From IMG/VR virus record IMGVR_UViG_3300007734_000733, positions 1 to 60,427 of that record: a DNA stretch of 60,427 nucleotides, one strand, 5' to 3'. The notes under the pieces were generated by a model, which ran no database searches, had not been told where the DNA came from, and saw only the letters and a list, made by a program, of their open reading frames with translations. Source of the DNA: a virus (taxonomy: Duplodnaviria > Caudoviricetes). The position numbers were made by a program, and so were the translations under genes. Shown here piece after piece: positions 16,817 to 25,415 of this stretch. Position 1 is the first letter of the stretch. Each line of letters begins with the position of its first letter.

Positions 16817-17242
16817 ATGTGTGTCACTAAAATTTCCAACATGCCCGTCATCAACGCCGTGAAAAATTTCATTCTGCATATCACCAAAGAAGATGTGCGG
16901 GGTGCTGATACAAAAAAACCCAATTCGTGCGTTGTCGCCAAAGCATGCAAGCGGTCCTTACATGCCAAGGAGGTCCGAGTTCATTTAGGGCGGGTATATG
17001 TCAATACCAACAACAAAAACTGGTTGCGTTATTTGACTCCAGGCTCGTTGCGTTCTGAGATAATTGCGTTTGACCGGGGTGGCTCTTTCACACTCGGTAA
17101 ACATGTTCTTGGTGCAATCGGTCCCCGCAAGTCCAGCGGCAAACGCCAAGGAACCAATAAAGACGTACCACGCGACCAGCACAAGAAGCGTAAGGGTGTT
17201 CGCCATGTGGTCAAGAATGTTCGCACCGGCCCAGCTTGTTAA
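16817..17242 (+). CDS. Basic hypothetical protein, paralog B
   Basis: Same shared motif as paralog A. AGGAG RBS. Confidence 0.8.
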   Translation: MCVTKISNMPVINAVKNFILHITKEDVRGADTKKPNSCVVAKACKRSLHAKEVRVHLGRVYVNTNNKNWLRYLTPGSLRSEIIAFDRGGSFTLGKHVLGAIGPRKSSGKRQGTNKDVPRDQHKKRKGVRHVVKNVRTGPAC

Positions 17243-17271
17243 TAATCACAACTAGGCAAGGGAAAAACATT

Positions 17272-17448
17272 ATGTCTTACCTAGACCAGTACCTGGAAAA
17301 CCAAAGCAAACTAAGCGCACTCAGATGGCACCTTCACTACATCAAGGGTGTTCTCGAAGCGGAGAAAACCAACCCCTCTCCACAAGTGACAATCGACCTG
17401 ATTCAAGAGCGTATTGAAGAAGCCTTCAAACAGTGGGACGGAAAATGA
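17272..17448 (+). CDS. Hypothetical protein
   Basis: ATG start MSYLDQ, ATGA overlap with the next gene. Confidence 0.55.
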   Translation: MSYLDQYLENQSKLSALRWHLHYIKGVLEAEKTNPSPQVTIDLIQERIEEAFKQWDGK

Positions 17449-17756
17449 AACTCACATACAAAACCACACACTCGTTCGACGGCGAGAACGATGTCGAGCT
17501 TTCCATCTTGTACGAATATACAGCCCCCTCACCGGCACGCGGCCCGTCCTACGACTGTGCCGGTGAACCGGCTGAGTACACCGAGGTCGATGTGTTGGGC
17601 GTGATGGTGGATGACATCGCCGCAAGACCAGACCAGTGGGACGATGTGATTGAGTGCGAACGGCTGTACGAAGCAATGGAAAACCACGGCGCTGACTGTA
17701 TCGCAGACGAACGCGCTGCGGCTGCTGAATACCGCGCCGAACTGAGGAGAGACTAA
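17445..17756 (+). CDS. Acidic hypothetical protein
   Basis: Y....P.RGPSY...GEPAE..E pattern, coupled start. Confidence 0.65.
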   Translation: MKLTYKTTHSFDGENDVELSILYEYTAPSPARGPSYDCAGEPAEYTEVDVLGVMVDDIAARPDQWDDVIECERLYEAMENHGADCIADERAAAAEYRAELRRD

Positions 17757-17816
17757 CATGCGCGACATCCTCACCACCGCCACGACCACGCTCTTTTACG
17801 CGCTGCTCATCATCCT

Positions 17817-18050
17817 ATGACCCGCACCCTTGCGCTAATCATCGACGCGGCACTGATTGCGTTCACGCCGTTCCCACTCGCATGGCTGGTCGCGCAATGC
17901 CTGCGCCCGTTCGTCGACATCCTGCCCGGCATCGCCAACGACGCCGCACCACTGCTTTGGGCTGAGGCCGTTTTGCAGTGGTGGCTGTTCGCAATCGGGC
18001 TGGGCTTGGTCGGCTACGGGATCGCAAACTGGAACAGGAACGGAAAATGA
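17817..18050 (+). CDS. Small two-helix membrane protein
   Basis: Two hydrophobic segments and ATGA overlaps. Confidence 0.55.
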   Translation: MTRTLALIIDAALIAFTPFPLAWLVAQCLRPFVDILPGIANDAAPLLWAEAVLQWWLFAIGLGLVGYGIANWNRNGK

Positions 18051-18214
18051 AAGACCGCACCGCAATTCAATGCGATTTATCGCCCGAGCTATTCAAACGC
18101 TTCGCCGCGCTACGCAATCGGCTGGGCATGGGCAACCGCGCCTTGCTGGAACGCATACTCATTGAGGCGTTGCCGCGCTGGGAAAACGTAACACTACCTG
18201 GAGATGCCAGATGA
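18047..18214 (+). CDS. Ribbon-helix-helix-like protein
   Basis: MKDRTAIQCDLSPELFKRF...LGMGNRALLERILIEAL. Confidence 0.55.
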   Translation: MKDRTAIQCDLSPELFKRFAALRNRLGMGNRALLERILIEALPRWENVTLPGDAR

Positions 18215-18372
18215 AAAAACTATATGAACGCTTACTTGATCGGCTGGCTGAACGGCTGCGCGGCCCCTGGCCGGATGCGAAGCCGCTCCCGGCGCACGTT
18301 GCCAACCTGAAGCTGGACCCACAACTGCTGCTGGTGCATCTGATTAAAACAACAAACGGAACTGGGCGATGA
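18211..18372 (+). CDS. Hypothetical protein, 53 aa
   Basis: Manual translation MKKLYERLLDRL...KTTNGTGR, with ATGA overlaps at both ends. Confidence 0.5.
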   Translation: MKKLYERLLDRLAERLRGPWPDAKPLPAHVANLKLDPQLLLVHLIKTTNGTGR

Positions 18373-18605
18373 AAATGAAAATAACCAAGGCAACGACTGA
18401 ACAAAAGTATTTCCGTGAATGGTGTGAATCCAATCCTGACATAACGAGAGGTAAATCAGGTGATTTGTTTGGTATTGATCTAAGAACAGTGCATAGATAC
18501 TTATCGTGCAAGACACAGCCACATGGCGGCGTTATCAGACTTATGGAAGCGTTCAAAAAATTTCCAGAAGTACAAGCCTATATGATTAAGCGTCATATAA
18601 CTTAA
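18369..18605 (+). CDS. XRE-like HTH protein
   Basis: ITRGKSGDLFGIDLRTVHRYLS...P helix-turn-helix pattern. Confidence 0.65.
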   Translation: MKMKITKATTEQKYFREWCESNPDITRGKSGDLFGIDLRTVHRYLSCKTQPHGGVIRLMEAFKKFPEVQAYMIKRHIT

Positions 18606-18612
18606 TACGGCG

Positions 18613-20973
18613 TTATTGCTGAGATTCACTCAGCCGGTAGACCATTTTTGGTCTGCCGGTTGTTTGTATAATTTCTTTGTACAATAGACCTGATTCCTCA
18701 AGGGCTTTGAGGGTATTATCACGGTCCCTCCCCAAGAATAGTGTTCGAGCATACAGCGCCGACTTAGTAATCTCGGCGTTCTTTGACTTCCTAACAACCT
18801 CCACCACACGCTTGGCTAAGTTCTCGGCGTTGTTGTCCGACACAAACCGTTCAACGCCCTGAATCATTAGCTTGATGCTACGGTCTGTGATTGCAAGACC
18901 GAAGGCAACATCATCTAAATCAATAATAGGGTCTTCTGGATTACGGCCTATGGCATGAATCATGGCTACTTTAATAGTATGTTCCTGCCGACGCGCCCAG
19001 AACCCGGTAAACGGGGTTCCTTCAAACTTGCGAAGCTTATCCAGGGTTACGCTTCCAATGACACGAAGCTCTGACGCTGCGGCGGGAGAGTACCCGACAG
19101 TCAACAGATCAGGAATGAGCGTTCCATACCCGCCCATATTACTACCGCTAAGTGGATTGCAAATGCGGGATAACAAATCAATAAGATCAAGCGGGACAAC
19201 TTGCTGTGATGGTATTTTATCGTCTGGATAGTTAACATCAGTCTCAAGTACTAAAAACCGAGCCAGAGAACCATCTACTGCGCTATTGGTTTCCAGAGCC
19301 TTCCAGAAGTTACTTGGCACGGTGGTCCCATAGACTGACACACACGGCTGTACAATCTCCTGCCGAGGACGTTCTCTCTGATTGGCGTACTCTGTTCCTC
19401 TAAACGTCTTATTGGACGTTGTGAAAAGCTGAGTGAGATTGTTTAAGATTTCTATTAAATGTGGAGGAGCCTTGTAACGATTGGCAATGGCTTGAAGAAA
19501 AGCTCCAAACTCATCAAGCTGAAACAAAATGGCTGGGTTTCGAGTGACCGCTGATAGCAACCCTGCGCCGCTGGCAATTTTATCCCCTCCAAGTCGGCCT
19601 CCGCATCCGAGAATATCTGCGAATAACCTGTCAATAACGGTACGGGCATGATCTTTACCAGCGCCGCTGTCTGCGAGGCTAACAAGATATATATTTGTGC
19701 GAAGGTCGGTTGGGCTTCTGTATTTTCTGCCAGCCAGGGTGCCAAGGGCACAAATCGCCGCACCCAACGCCAAAATGGGCTGAGAACGAATAGATGTGGC
19801 GTTGATGTGGTCGCATAGCTTGGCTAAAGCCCCCATTGCTGGCGGGATTCCCCCCATTAACGGGACCGGAGGGGATGCCTTGACGGCTGTTCTGCGCCAC
19901 GGCTGCTTGGGTTGCGCGTTGGCGGCTTGAGCGGCAACTTGTTGAGCGGCAACTTGTTGAGCGGTTACTTGGGGGACCACATCAACCACGGCCAAGTCGC
20001 TCTGTGTTGGCTCAAGATCGGGCTGGAATACGGTCTTTATAACTATTCCCAGGGCGTCTTTAAGCCAATCTACCGCGACATCTAAGTCCCCTCCTGTAGC
20101 CTTCATCACAAGGTCTATAGCTGAAAGCCCCTCGCCTGTACCAAAATCCACTATCCCCTTAGAATTTATACTTAATTTGTGTGTTTTCTTAGTAATACCA
20201 CGCCAATCTGGGTTGACTCTATAGCCACCACCAGCGCCTGGAATAGCGTCTGGAAACAATTTTGGAATCCATTTTTCAAGATTTGATATTGCAGTTTGAT
20301 TGATATCATTCCAATAGCTATCATACCCGTTAGTTGACTGAACACCGTTGCTATCATTCGGATCACTTACGTAATGTCTTTTTCTTTCAATGTTTTGAAT
20401 GGGTTGCGTTTGATGCTTAGAAATGACCTCGGCCACTTTATCATGGTAATCAAGAGGTATTTCTGGCAATTCACCAACAGAGGTGTTTTCCATAGTCTTG
20501 TCTGTAAGCCACCTGTAATTCATCCCTTCTGGGTGGAGGGACGGCGGCAAAACGGTTTGTTTGCCGTGTGCTAGAAGCTCAACCACGACCACCCCGTTAC
20601 AAATGTACTTCTTAGAAGTGTGTTTGAATCCTCTGTAAAAGTCCGTAAACCCCTTGGCACCCATTTTTCGGCAGGGGGATGATGGCAGCAAAGCCACCAG
20701 TTCAGCCCTAAGTTCCTCAGAACCGTAGTCGTAATCAATTGCCGTAATGTTGCTTGCACGACCCAAGGCCATACAGATCGACGGCTTGGGCCATTTGGCC
20801 CACATATCCATCTCAAATTTAGTAGGTGATCGGTCACAATACCGCTGCCACTGGGACATCCCTACCCACTGGTTGCCCCTGAACTCGCCGGGGCGCTTTT
20901 CATTGGGGATGATCGGGATGACCGAGTAGCCCCGCTCAATCAGGCGGCTTGCCGTCGTAATAAAGTCGGTCAT
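18613..20973 (-). CDS. Bifunctional primase-polymerase fused to a DUF3987-type helicase
   Basis: N-terminal GYSVIPI..K.P, AIDYD, QTVLPPS.HP..Y.W. C-terminal ADSGAGKD Walker A, LDEFG, DGSLARF, terminal winged helix TTGRP. Confidence 0.88.
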   Translation of the reverse strand: MTDFITTASRLIERGYSVIPIIPNEKRPGEFRGNQWVGMSQWQRYCDRSPTKFEMDMWAKWPKPSICMALGRASNITAIDYDYGSEELRAELVALLPSSPCRKMGAKGFTDFYRGFKHTSKKYICNGVVVVELLAHGKQTVLPPSLHPEGMNYRWLTDKTMENTSVGELPEIPLDYHDKVAEVISKHQTQPIQNIERKRHYVSDPNDSNGVQSTNGYDSYWNDINQTAISNLEKWIPKLFPDAIPGAGGGYRVNPDWRGITKKTHKLSINSKGIVDFGTGEGLSAIDLVMKATGGDLDVAVDWLKDALGIVIKTVFQPDLEPTQSDLAVVDVVPQVTAQQVAAQQVAAQAANAQPKQPWRRTAVKASPPVPLMGGIPPAMGALAKLCDHINATSIRSQPILALGAAICALGTLAGRKYRSPTDLRTNIYLVSLADSGAGKDHARTVIDRLFADILGCGGRLGGDKIASGAGLLSAVTRNPAILFQLDEFGAFLQAIANRYKAPPHLIEILNNLTQLFTTSNKTFRGTEYANQRERPRQEIVQPCVSVYGTTVPSNFWKALETNSAVDGSLARFLVLETDVNYPDDKIPSQQVVPLDLIDLLSRICNPLSGSNMGGYGTLIPDLLTVGYSPAAASELRVIGSVTLDKLRKFEGTPFTGFWARRQEHTIKVAMIHAIGRNPEDPIIDLDDVAFGLAITDRSIKLMIQGVERFVSDNNAENLAKRVVEVVRKSKNAEITKSALYARTLFLGRDRDNTLKALEESGLLYKEIIQTTGRPKMVYRLSESQQ

Positions 20974-21389
20974 TCTTGCCCTATGACACTTACAATCAAT
21001 TGTGGGATTTCGGCGTACCGCTTGGTAGCCGTCAGCTTAACGATCTGCGAGTCATCGACGACGACAATGCCGTTCATGCCGTCGAGGGCTTTGACGATGT
21101 TGTCTAGGTCAGGCTTAGTGATCGGCTTGATTTGTCCCGCAATGGCCGACAACCGCTTCTTCAACGACCATGAGGCTGGCACCACCATAAACGCCTGGAC
21201 AACAACTTCAACAGGTCCACCTATTGGCGGCTTACCGCGCATTGCTTCGGCTGCGTATGCCGACACCTGATTCTCATAGCGGCGCGTTTTCTCTGGCGTG
21301 TACGAACGCACATGACCACCATATGTAGATATTCTGGCGCGGCCCTTCGCTACAGGTTGTCCTGGGACGGTGAAGGTAACGACTCTCAC
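20970..21389 (-). CDS. rusA: RusA-family Holliday junction resolvase
   Basis: F.VPGQP.AKGR.R, KPDLDN..K.LD..NGIV..DDSQIV. Confidence 0.9.
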   Translation of the reverse strand: MRVVTFTVPGQPVAKGRARISTYGGHVRSYTPEKTRRYENQVSAYAAEAMRGKPPIGGPVEVVVQAFMVVPASWSLKKRLSAIAGQIKPITKPDLDNIVKALDGMNGIVVVDDSQIVKLTATKRYAEIPQLIVSVIGQE

Positions 21390-21580
21390 GAATAGAAGTC
21401 CTGCGGTTTTACTTTACCCCCAGTAGCCTTCTCGATTGCCCTGATGCATTCAGGTCTCGGCATTCGTTTCCCATCGTCCGTAGCCGTCCACCTGTGTATC
21501 GCACTTTCCGAAACGCCAAGCATCTTGGCGAACTCACGATTGGTGAGCCGTTGTTTTTCAAGCCAATTCCTTAACTTCAT
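21386..21580 (-). CDS. Cro-like HTH regulator
   Basis: MKL..WL....T..EFA..LGVS...I.RW...R.P.....IEKAT.G.V..DF. Confidence 0.85.
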   Translation of the reverse strand: MKLRNWLEKQRLTNREFAKMLGVSESAIHRWTATDDGKRMPRPECIRAIEKATGGKVKPQDFYS

Positions 21581-21608
21581 TTTATTCTCCGTGGATGAGA
21601 AAAATACA

Positions 21609-21651
21609 TTTGACACAATGGCTGGCGTTTGGCAATCTCCGAATTGTCAAA
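21609..21651. promoter_or_regulatory. Divergent promoter region with inverted TTTGACA / TGTCAAA
   Basis: TTGACA-N17-CAATCT on plus and an opposing TTGACA on minus, between divergent operons. Confidence 0.55.
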
Positions 21652-21680
21652 GCCGCAAAACATTTAACAACGAGGAAACC

Positions 21681-22085
21681 ATGAACTTCAAACCAAAAAT
21701 GTTTTCTAATCGTACTGTTGAAGATGCTGCGTCAGAATGGATGGACGCGAAGAACGAAGAGATCGCGGCAAACAAGCGCCGCATTGAAATCGAGGAGGAG
21801 CTTCTCTCCTTCCTCACATCAAAGACTGAAGGCAGCGAGTCCCATCAGGTCGGACCATACAAGGTCACGCTCACTGGCCGCCTTAACCGCAAGGTTGACT
21901 GGGATATGTTGCCAAAGCTTGGCATCCCCGAAGACATGCTGCCGCTGAAACACAAACCCGAACTGGACTTGAGAGGACTGCGCTACCTGGAAAGCAATGA
22001 ACCAGAAACCTACAACACCTTTTGCAAAGCCCTAACTATCGAACCTGCTAAAACATCCGTAACCGTCATTAGGACAGAGAAGTAA
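21681..22085 (+). CDS. Conserved phage protein preceding the Sak4-like ATPase
   Basis: GAGGA RBS before MNFKPK. W..AK..E..A...R..IE...RKVD pattern. Confidence 0.75.
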   Translation: MNFKPKMFSNRTVEDAASEWMDAKNEEIAANKRRIEIEEELLSFLTSKTEGSESHQVGPYKVTLTGRLNRKVDWDMLPKLGIPEDMLPLKHKPELDLRGLRYLESNEPETYNTFCKALTIEPAKTSVTVIRTEK

Positions 22086-22086
22086 A

Positions 22087-22848
22087 ATGGCAATTGACCT
22101 AAAATCATTACGAAAATCTAGTATAGCAAGACCTCCTCGCATAGTTCTGTATGGGACTCACGGCGTCGGTAAATCCACATTCGCGGCGCAGTCCGAGAAC
22201 CCCGTATTCATCCAAACCGAAGAAGGTTTGGATGCTCTAAACGTAACGGCCTTCCCACTGGCGCGGTCATATGATGAGGTAATGGAGGCTATTCAAGCAC
22301 TGTATAATGAGGAACACGATTTTCAAACCGTCTGCCTAGACTCAGTTGATTGGCTTGAGCAGTTGATATGGAAAAAGGTGGCTACCAATAATAAGGTGAC
22401 GAACATTGAAGATATTGGTTACGGCAAGGGCTACATATTTGCGCTTGAACTCTGGCACAGTATTCTTGAGGGATTTGATTTACTGCGTAACGAAAAAAAC
22501 ATGCAGGTAATCTTTCTAGCACACAGCCAAATCAAACGCTTTGACGATCCTTTGACTGATAGTTATGACAGATATCAACTTGACCTTCACAAAGGAGGTG
22601 CTGCAACAATATCAGAGTGGTGTGACATTCTAGCTTTCGCAAACTACACTGTTAATACGATAAAGTCTGACGTAGGTTTCAACCAGAAAAAAACCCGTGC
22701 GGTTGGTGCCGGGACTCGCGCCTTGCATACCCAAGAAAGGCCAGGGTGGGTTGCTAAATCACGCTGGCCTCTACCAGACACAATTTCTATGGATTATTCT
22801 GCATTCTCAAACGCCCTTGCAACCGCAATGGAATCACAAAAAACCTAA
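22087..22848 (+). CDS. AAA_24 / Sak4-like recombination ATPase
   Basis: LYGTHGVGKSTFA, FIQTEEG, LDSVDWLE, GYGKGY, AH, YDRY, EWCD, AKSR. Confidence 0.88.
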   Translation: MAIDLKSLRKSSIARPPRIVLYGTHGVGKSTFAAQSENPVFIQTEEGLDALNVTAFPLARSYDEVMEAIQALYNEEHDFQTVCLDSVDWLEQLIWKKVATNNKVTNIEDIGYGKGYIFALELWHSILEGFDLLRNEKNMQVIFLAHSQIKRFDDPLTDSYDRYQLDLHKGGAATISEWCDILAFANYTVNTIKSDVGFNQKKTRAVGAGTRALHTQERPGWVAKSRWPLPDTISMDYSAFSNALATAMESQKT

Positions 22849-22860
22849 AGGAAAAAACAA

Positions 22861-23340
22861 ATGGCTGATCTTGATTTTGTCTTTCTCGCAAGTGAAGTAC
22901 CTGAACGCCCAGACTTCAGCCTGTTCCCAGTTGGTGAGTACATCGCTGAAGTGACAGCCAGCGACTACAAGCCCACCAAGTCCGGCAACGGCAAATACAT
23001 TGAGCTTGAGTTCATCATTCTCGATGGCGAATACGCTGGCCGTAAATACTGGGACCGCCTCAATGTTCAGCATGAAAATAAAACTGCAATGGACATTGCC
23101 AATAGCAGTCTCAGGGACTTGTTAGAAGCCACTGGTCTATCAAGCCAGCCGTTTAGCAAGACGATTACGCTTCATAATATCCCCGTGAAGCTTAAAATCG
23201 GAATTAGCAAACGGAAGGACAACGGAGAAGAGCAAAACACCGTTAGATATAAAAGTGTTGACAGTACTTCCCCAAAAATTTCCTTGAAGGTTGTGGGCAA
23301 CACTTCCGATGGTCCGAAAAAGAAGCCCTGGGAAAAGTAG
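22861..23340 (+). CDS. DUF669-type single-stranded DNA-binding protein
   Basis: P.GEY.AE.T.S..K.TKSG.G.Y..L.F.I..G...GRK.W.RLN and a KKPW tail. Confidence 0.8.
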   Translation: MADLDFVFLASEVPERPDFSLFPVGEYIAEVTASDYKPTKSGNGKYIELEFIILDGEYAGRKYWDRLNVQHENKTAMDIANSSLRDLLEATGLSSQPFSKTITLHNIPVKLKIGISKRKDNGEEQNTVRYKSVDSTSPKISLKVVGNTSDGPKKKPWEK

Positions 23341-23348
23341 GATAAATA

Positions 23349-23460
23349 GTGACCCGATTTAATTCGGGCGCTTAACTGGGCCTAACGATCTGAGTTAATT
23401 CAGACGTATCAATACACCCAGCAGTCATCGCAAATGTTAGGATAGTGATGATTCTTTTTT
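23349..23460 (+). ncRNA. Candidate structured RNA/ssDNA element with twin hairpins and a pseudoknot
   Basis: Pairings identified by eye (see finding). Confidence 0.4.
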
Positions 23461-23496
23461 AGGATTGGCGCGGGGTGTAATGCCCCCGGTTTTATC

Positions 23497-23964
23497 ATGA
23501 TTAATGTGACTCTTACTCCAGACGAAATTTTCCTTGCCGCGAGTCATGGAATTTTTAGGCGTGTGAAGTTTCATGAAGGAAAGCGCGAGGATCGTGAACA
23601 AAAAGAACGATCAACCTGGGATAATGAGATTGAAGGAGCCTGTGCCGAATTGGCTTGGTGTAAATATTGGAATAATTACTGGACCGGTCTTACTGGTATT
23701 AGAAAAATAGATGGAGCGGGGGTTGAGGTTAAGTGGACCCGCCACGCCAACGGCGGGGTTATTCTTAAAAGAAACTCAGATAACGATAAGATACACGTTC
23801 TGGCTAGAGGGTTTGCTCCAAGTTTTATTTTTGTTGGCTGGATTACCGCTAAAGAGGGAAAAAAACACGCAATAAATACTTCTTTCGGATTATTGGTCCC
23901 GGCTGAATTTTTGAACTCATTTGAAGAACCAGCCCAACAGGAATTGATGCTGTGTCTACCGTAA
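23497..23964 (+). CDS. PD-(D/E)xK-fold nuclease-like protein
   Basis: EG..AELA...Y....DG..VEVK.T pattern. Confidence 0.55.
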   Translation: MINVTLTPDEIFLAASHGIFRRVKFHEGKREDREQKERSTWDNEIEGACAELAWCKYWNNYWTGLTGIRKIDGAGVEVKWTRHANGGVILKRNSDNDKIHVLARGFAPSFIFVGWITAKEGKKHAINTSFGLLVPAEFLNSFEEPAQQELMLCLP

Positions 23965-24005
23965 TAAAGCCCGAGAACGACTTAACTACTGTTGTAATAA
24001 TAGTT

Positions 24006-24339
24006 ACGAAGCCTAGTCAGCTAACACTGTTCGACGAAGCCGAATCACAACGGCGTAGAGATGAAGGAATTGATCTAGTCGGAGAAAAAAGTTCTGGATG
24101 GCACGACCGCGCCATGTGAGTAATTTGGCGACCCCCCCCTTGGTTGGAAGGGGATTGGGGAAGACATTCGCAAGCTGGTGCTAGAATCAGGCGCTGGACC
24201 GCCGCACCATCCCAATTGTTGGGGTTCATTAATCATGTACGCAACAAGGTGTAACATAATAAAGCGCACTGGCGAAATGAGGAATGCTAGATCGGTAAAA
24301 TCACATGCAAGCACTTACCCTATTGTTGAGAGAATTTAG
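24006..24339 (+). pseudogene. Disrupted conserved phage gene (GEDIR...PHHPNxWG...SHA family)
   Basis: ACG in place of ATG, in-frame TGA at 24117, +1 shift around C8 at 24132-24139. Ends at TAG abutting the next ATG. Confidence 0.65.
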
Positions 24340-25293
24340 ATGACTACTGTAACGCTCCCCGACCAAACATTAGCGGCTATGAACGAAGCACTTGTTAACA
24401 ACTATCAAGATGAACGGCGCGGCTATATTGGAGCGTCAGGAATTGGCACGGCTTGTGAGCGTCGATTGTGGAATCAATTCCATTGGATTGACAACGAAAG
24501 AATGTCTTCAAAATCTATCAAGGCCATTGAGGACGGTCATCATAGTGAAGGCGTAATGATTAACCGTCTAAGAATGGTAAATGGAGTTGAACTTCAAACC
24601 GAAGATTCGGATGGAAGGCAGTTTAGCTTTAAAGACGGCCATATCGGCGGGAGTCTGGACGGTATTATTCTAGGCACCGCACATGAGCCTGATGATCCGC
24701 ACATCTGGGAACATAAATGTATTAACGAAAAGAAATTTAACGCGCTGGTAAAGTTAGTGGTGAATGATGAATCCACCGCGCTGTTTAATTGGGACGAGCA
24801 GTATTATGCACAAGCCCAAGTATATATGCTGTATTTCAAGTTTAAGTGGCATTACCTAACGGCGTGTATGCCAGGAAGTAGAGATGAAATATCTTGTATC
24901 ACGGCCTTCAATGCCGAGGCTGCGGAGTTTTATAAAGAACGCGCAATACGAGTGATAAATTCCTCTCGTCCTCCTCCGCGCATATCAGAGAATGCAGCTT
25001 GGTTTCAATGCAAGATGTGTCCGTTTACAGATAATTGTCACGGCAACAAACTGCCACTAACTAACTGTAGAACTTGCATTAATTCCACATCCAACATGGA
25101 TGGCACTTGGACCTGTGAGTTGTTTGCCACAAAGATTACGGATGATGTCCAGCGTTCCGGCTGCGGGAAGCACCTGTATAACCCCGGCTTGGTGCCGGGT
25201 ACGCAGACTGACGCTGGTTCAGACTGGGTTGAGTACAAAATGAAAGATGGAACTTTAATTAGGAACGAAAATGCAAAGGTGGAAACATTATGA
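24340..25293 (+). CDS. Cas4-like/YqaJ PD-(D/E)xK exonuclease with Cys cluster
   Basis: R.YIGAS.IG..C.R..W, GH..E, GSLDG, WEHK, YYAQ.Q.YM, CKMC.F...CH...NCRTC. Confidence 0.88.
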   Translation: MTTVTLPDQTLAAMNEALVNNYQDERRGYIGASGIGTACERRLWNQFHWIDNERMSSKSIKAIEDGHHSEGVMINRLRMVNGVELQTEDSDGRQFSFKDGHIGGSLDGIILGTAHEPDDPHIWEHKCINEKKFNALVKLVVNDESTALFNWDEQYYAQAQVYMLYFKFKWHYLTACMPGSRDEISCITAFNAEAAEFYKERAIRVINSSRPPPRISENAAWFQCKMCPFTDNCHGNKLPLTNCRTCINSTSNMDGTWTCELFATKITDDVQRSGCGKHLYNPGLVPGTQTDAGSDWVEYKMKDGTLIRNENAKVETL

Positions 25294-25415
25294 GTTGGAT
25301 AGGCGGGCTGGCTGAATGGGTTGAAGGTGACACGGCATATCTGTCGGTCGCGTTATATAGACGATCACAAAAAACACGCGAGAAGTACGACGATCAGCAA
25401 GGATTGTTTATCTGA
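25290..25415 (+). pseudogene. 41-aa ORF, possible internally deleted gene remnant
   Basis: MSWIGGLAEWVEGDTAYLSVALYRRSQKTREKYDDQQGLFI, coupled at both ends. Confidence 0.4.

Noticed and set aside
18369-21580. Lysogeny switch
   Set aside because: HTH genes are present, but I found no integrase, CI-type peptidase repressor or partition genes. Lifestyle cannot be called.
24340-25293. Cas4 as part of a CRISPR-Cas system
   Set aside because: It is a solo Cas4-like exonuclease in the standard Sak4-SSB-nuclease-helicase module.
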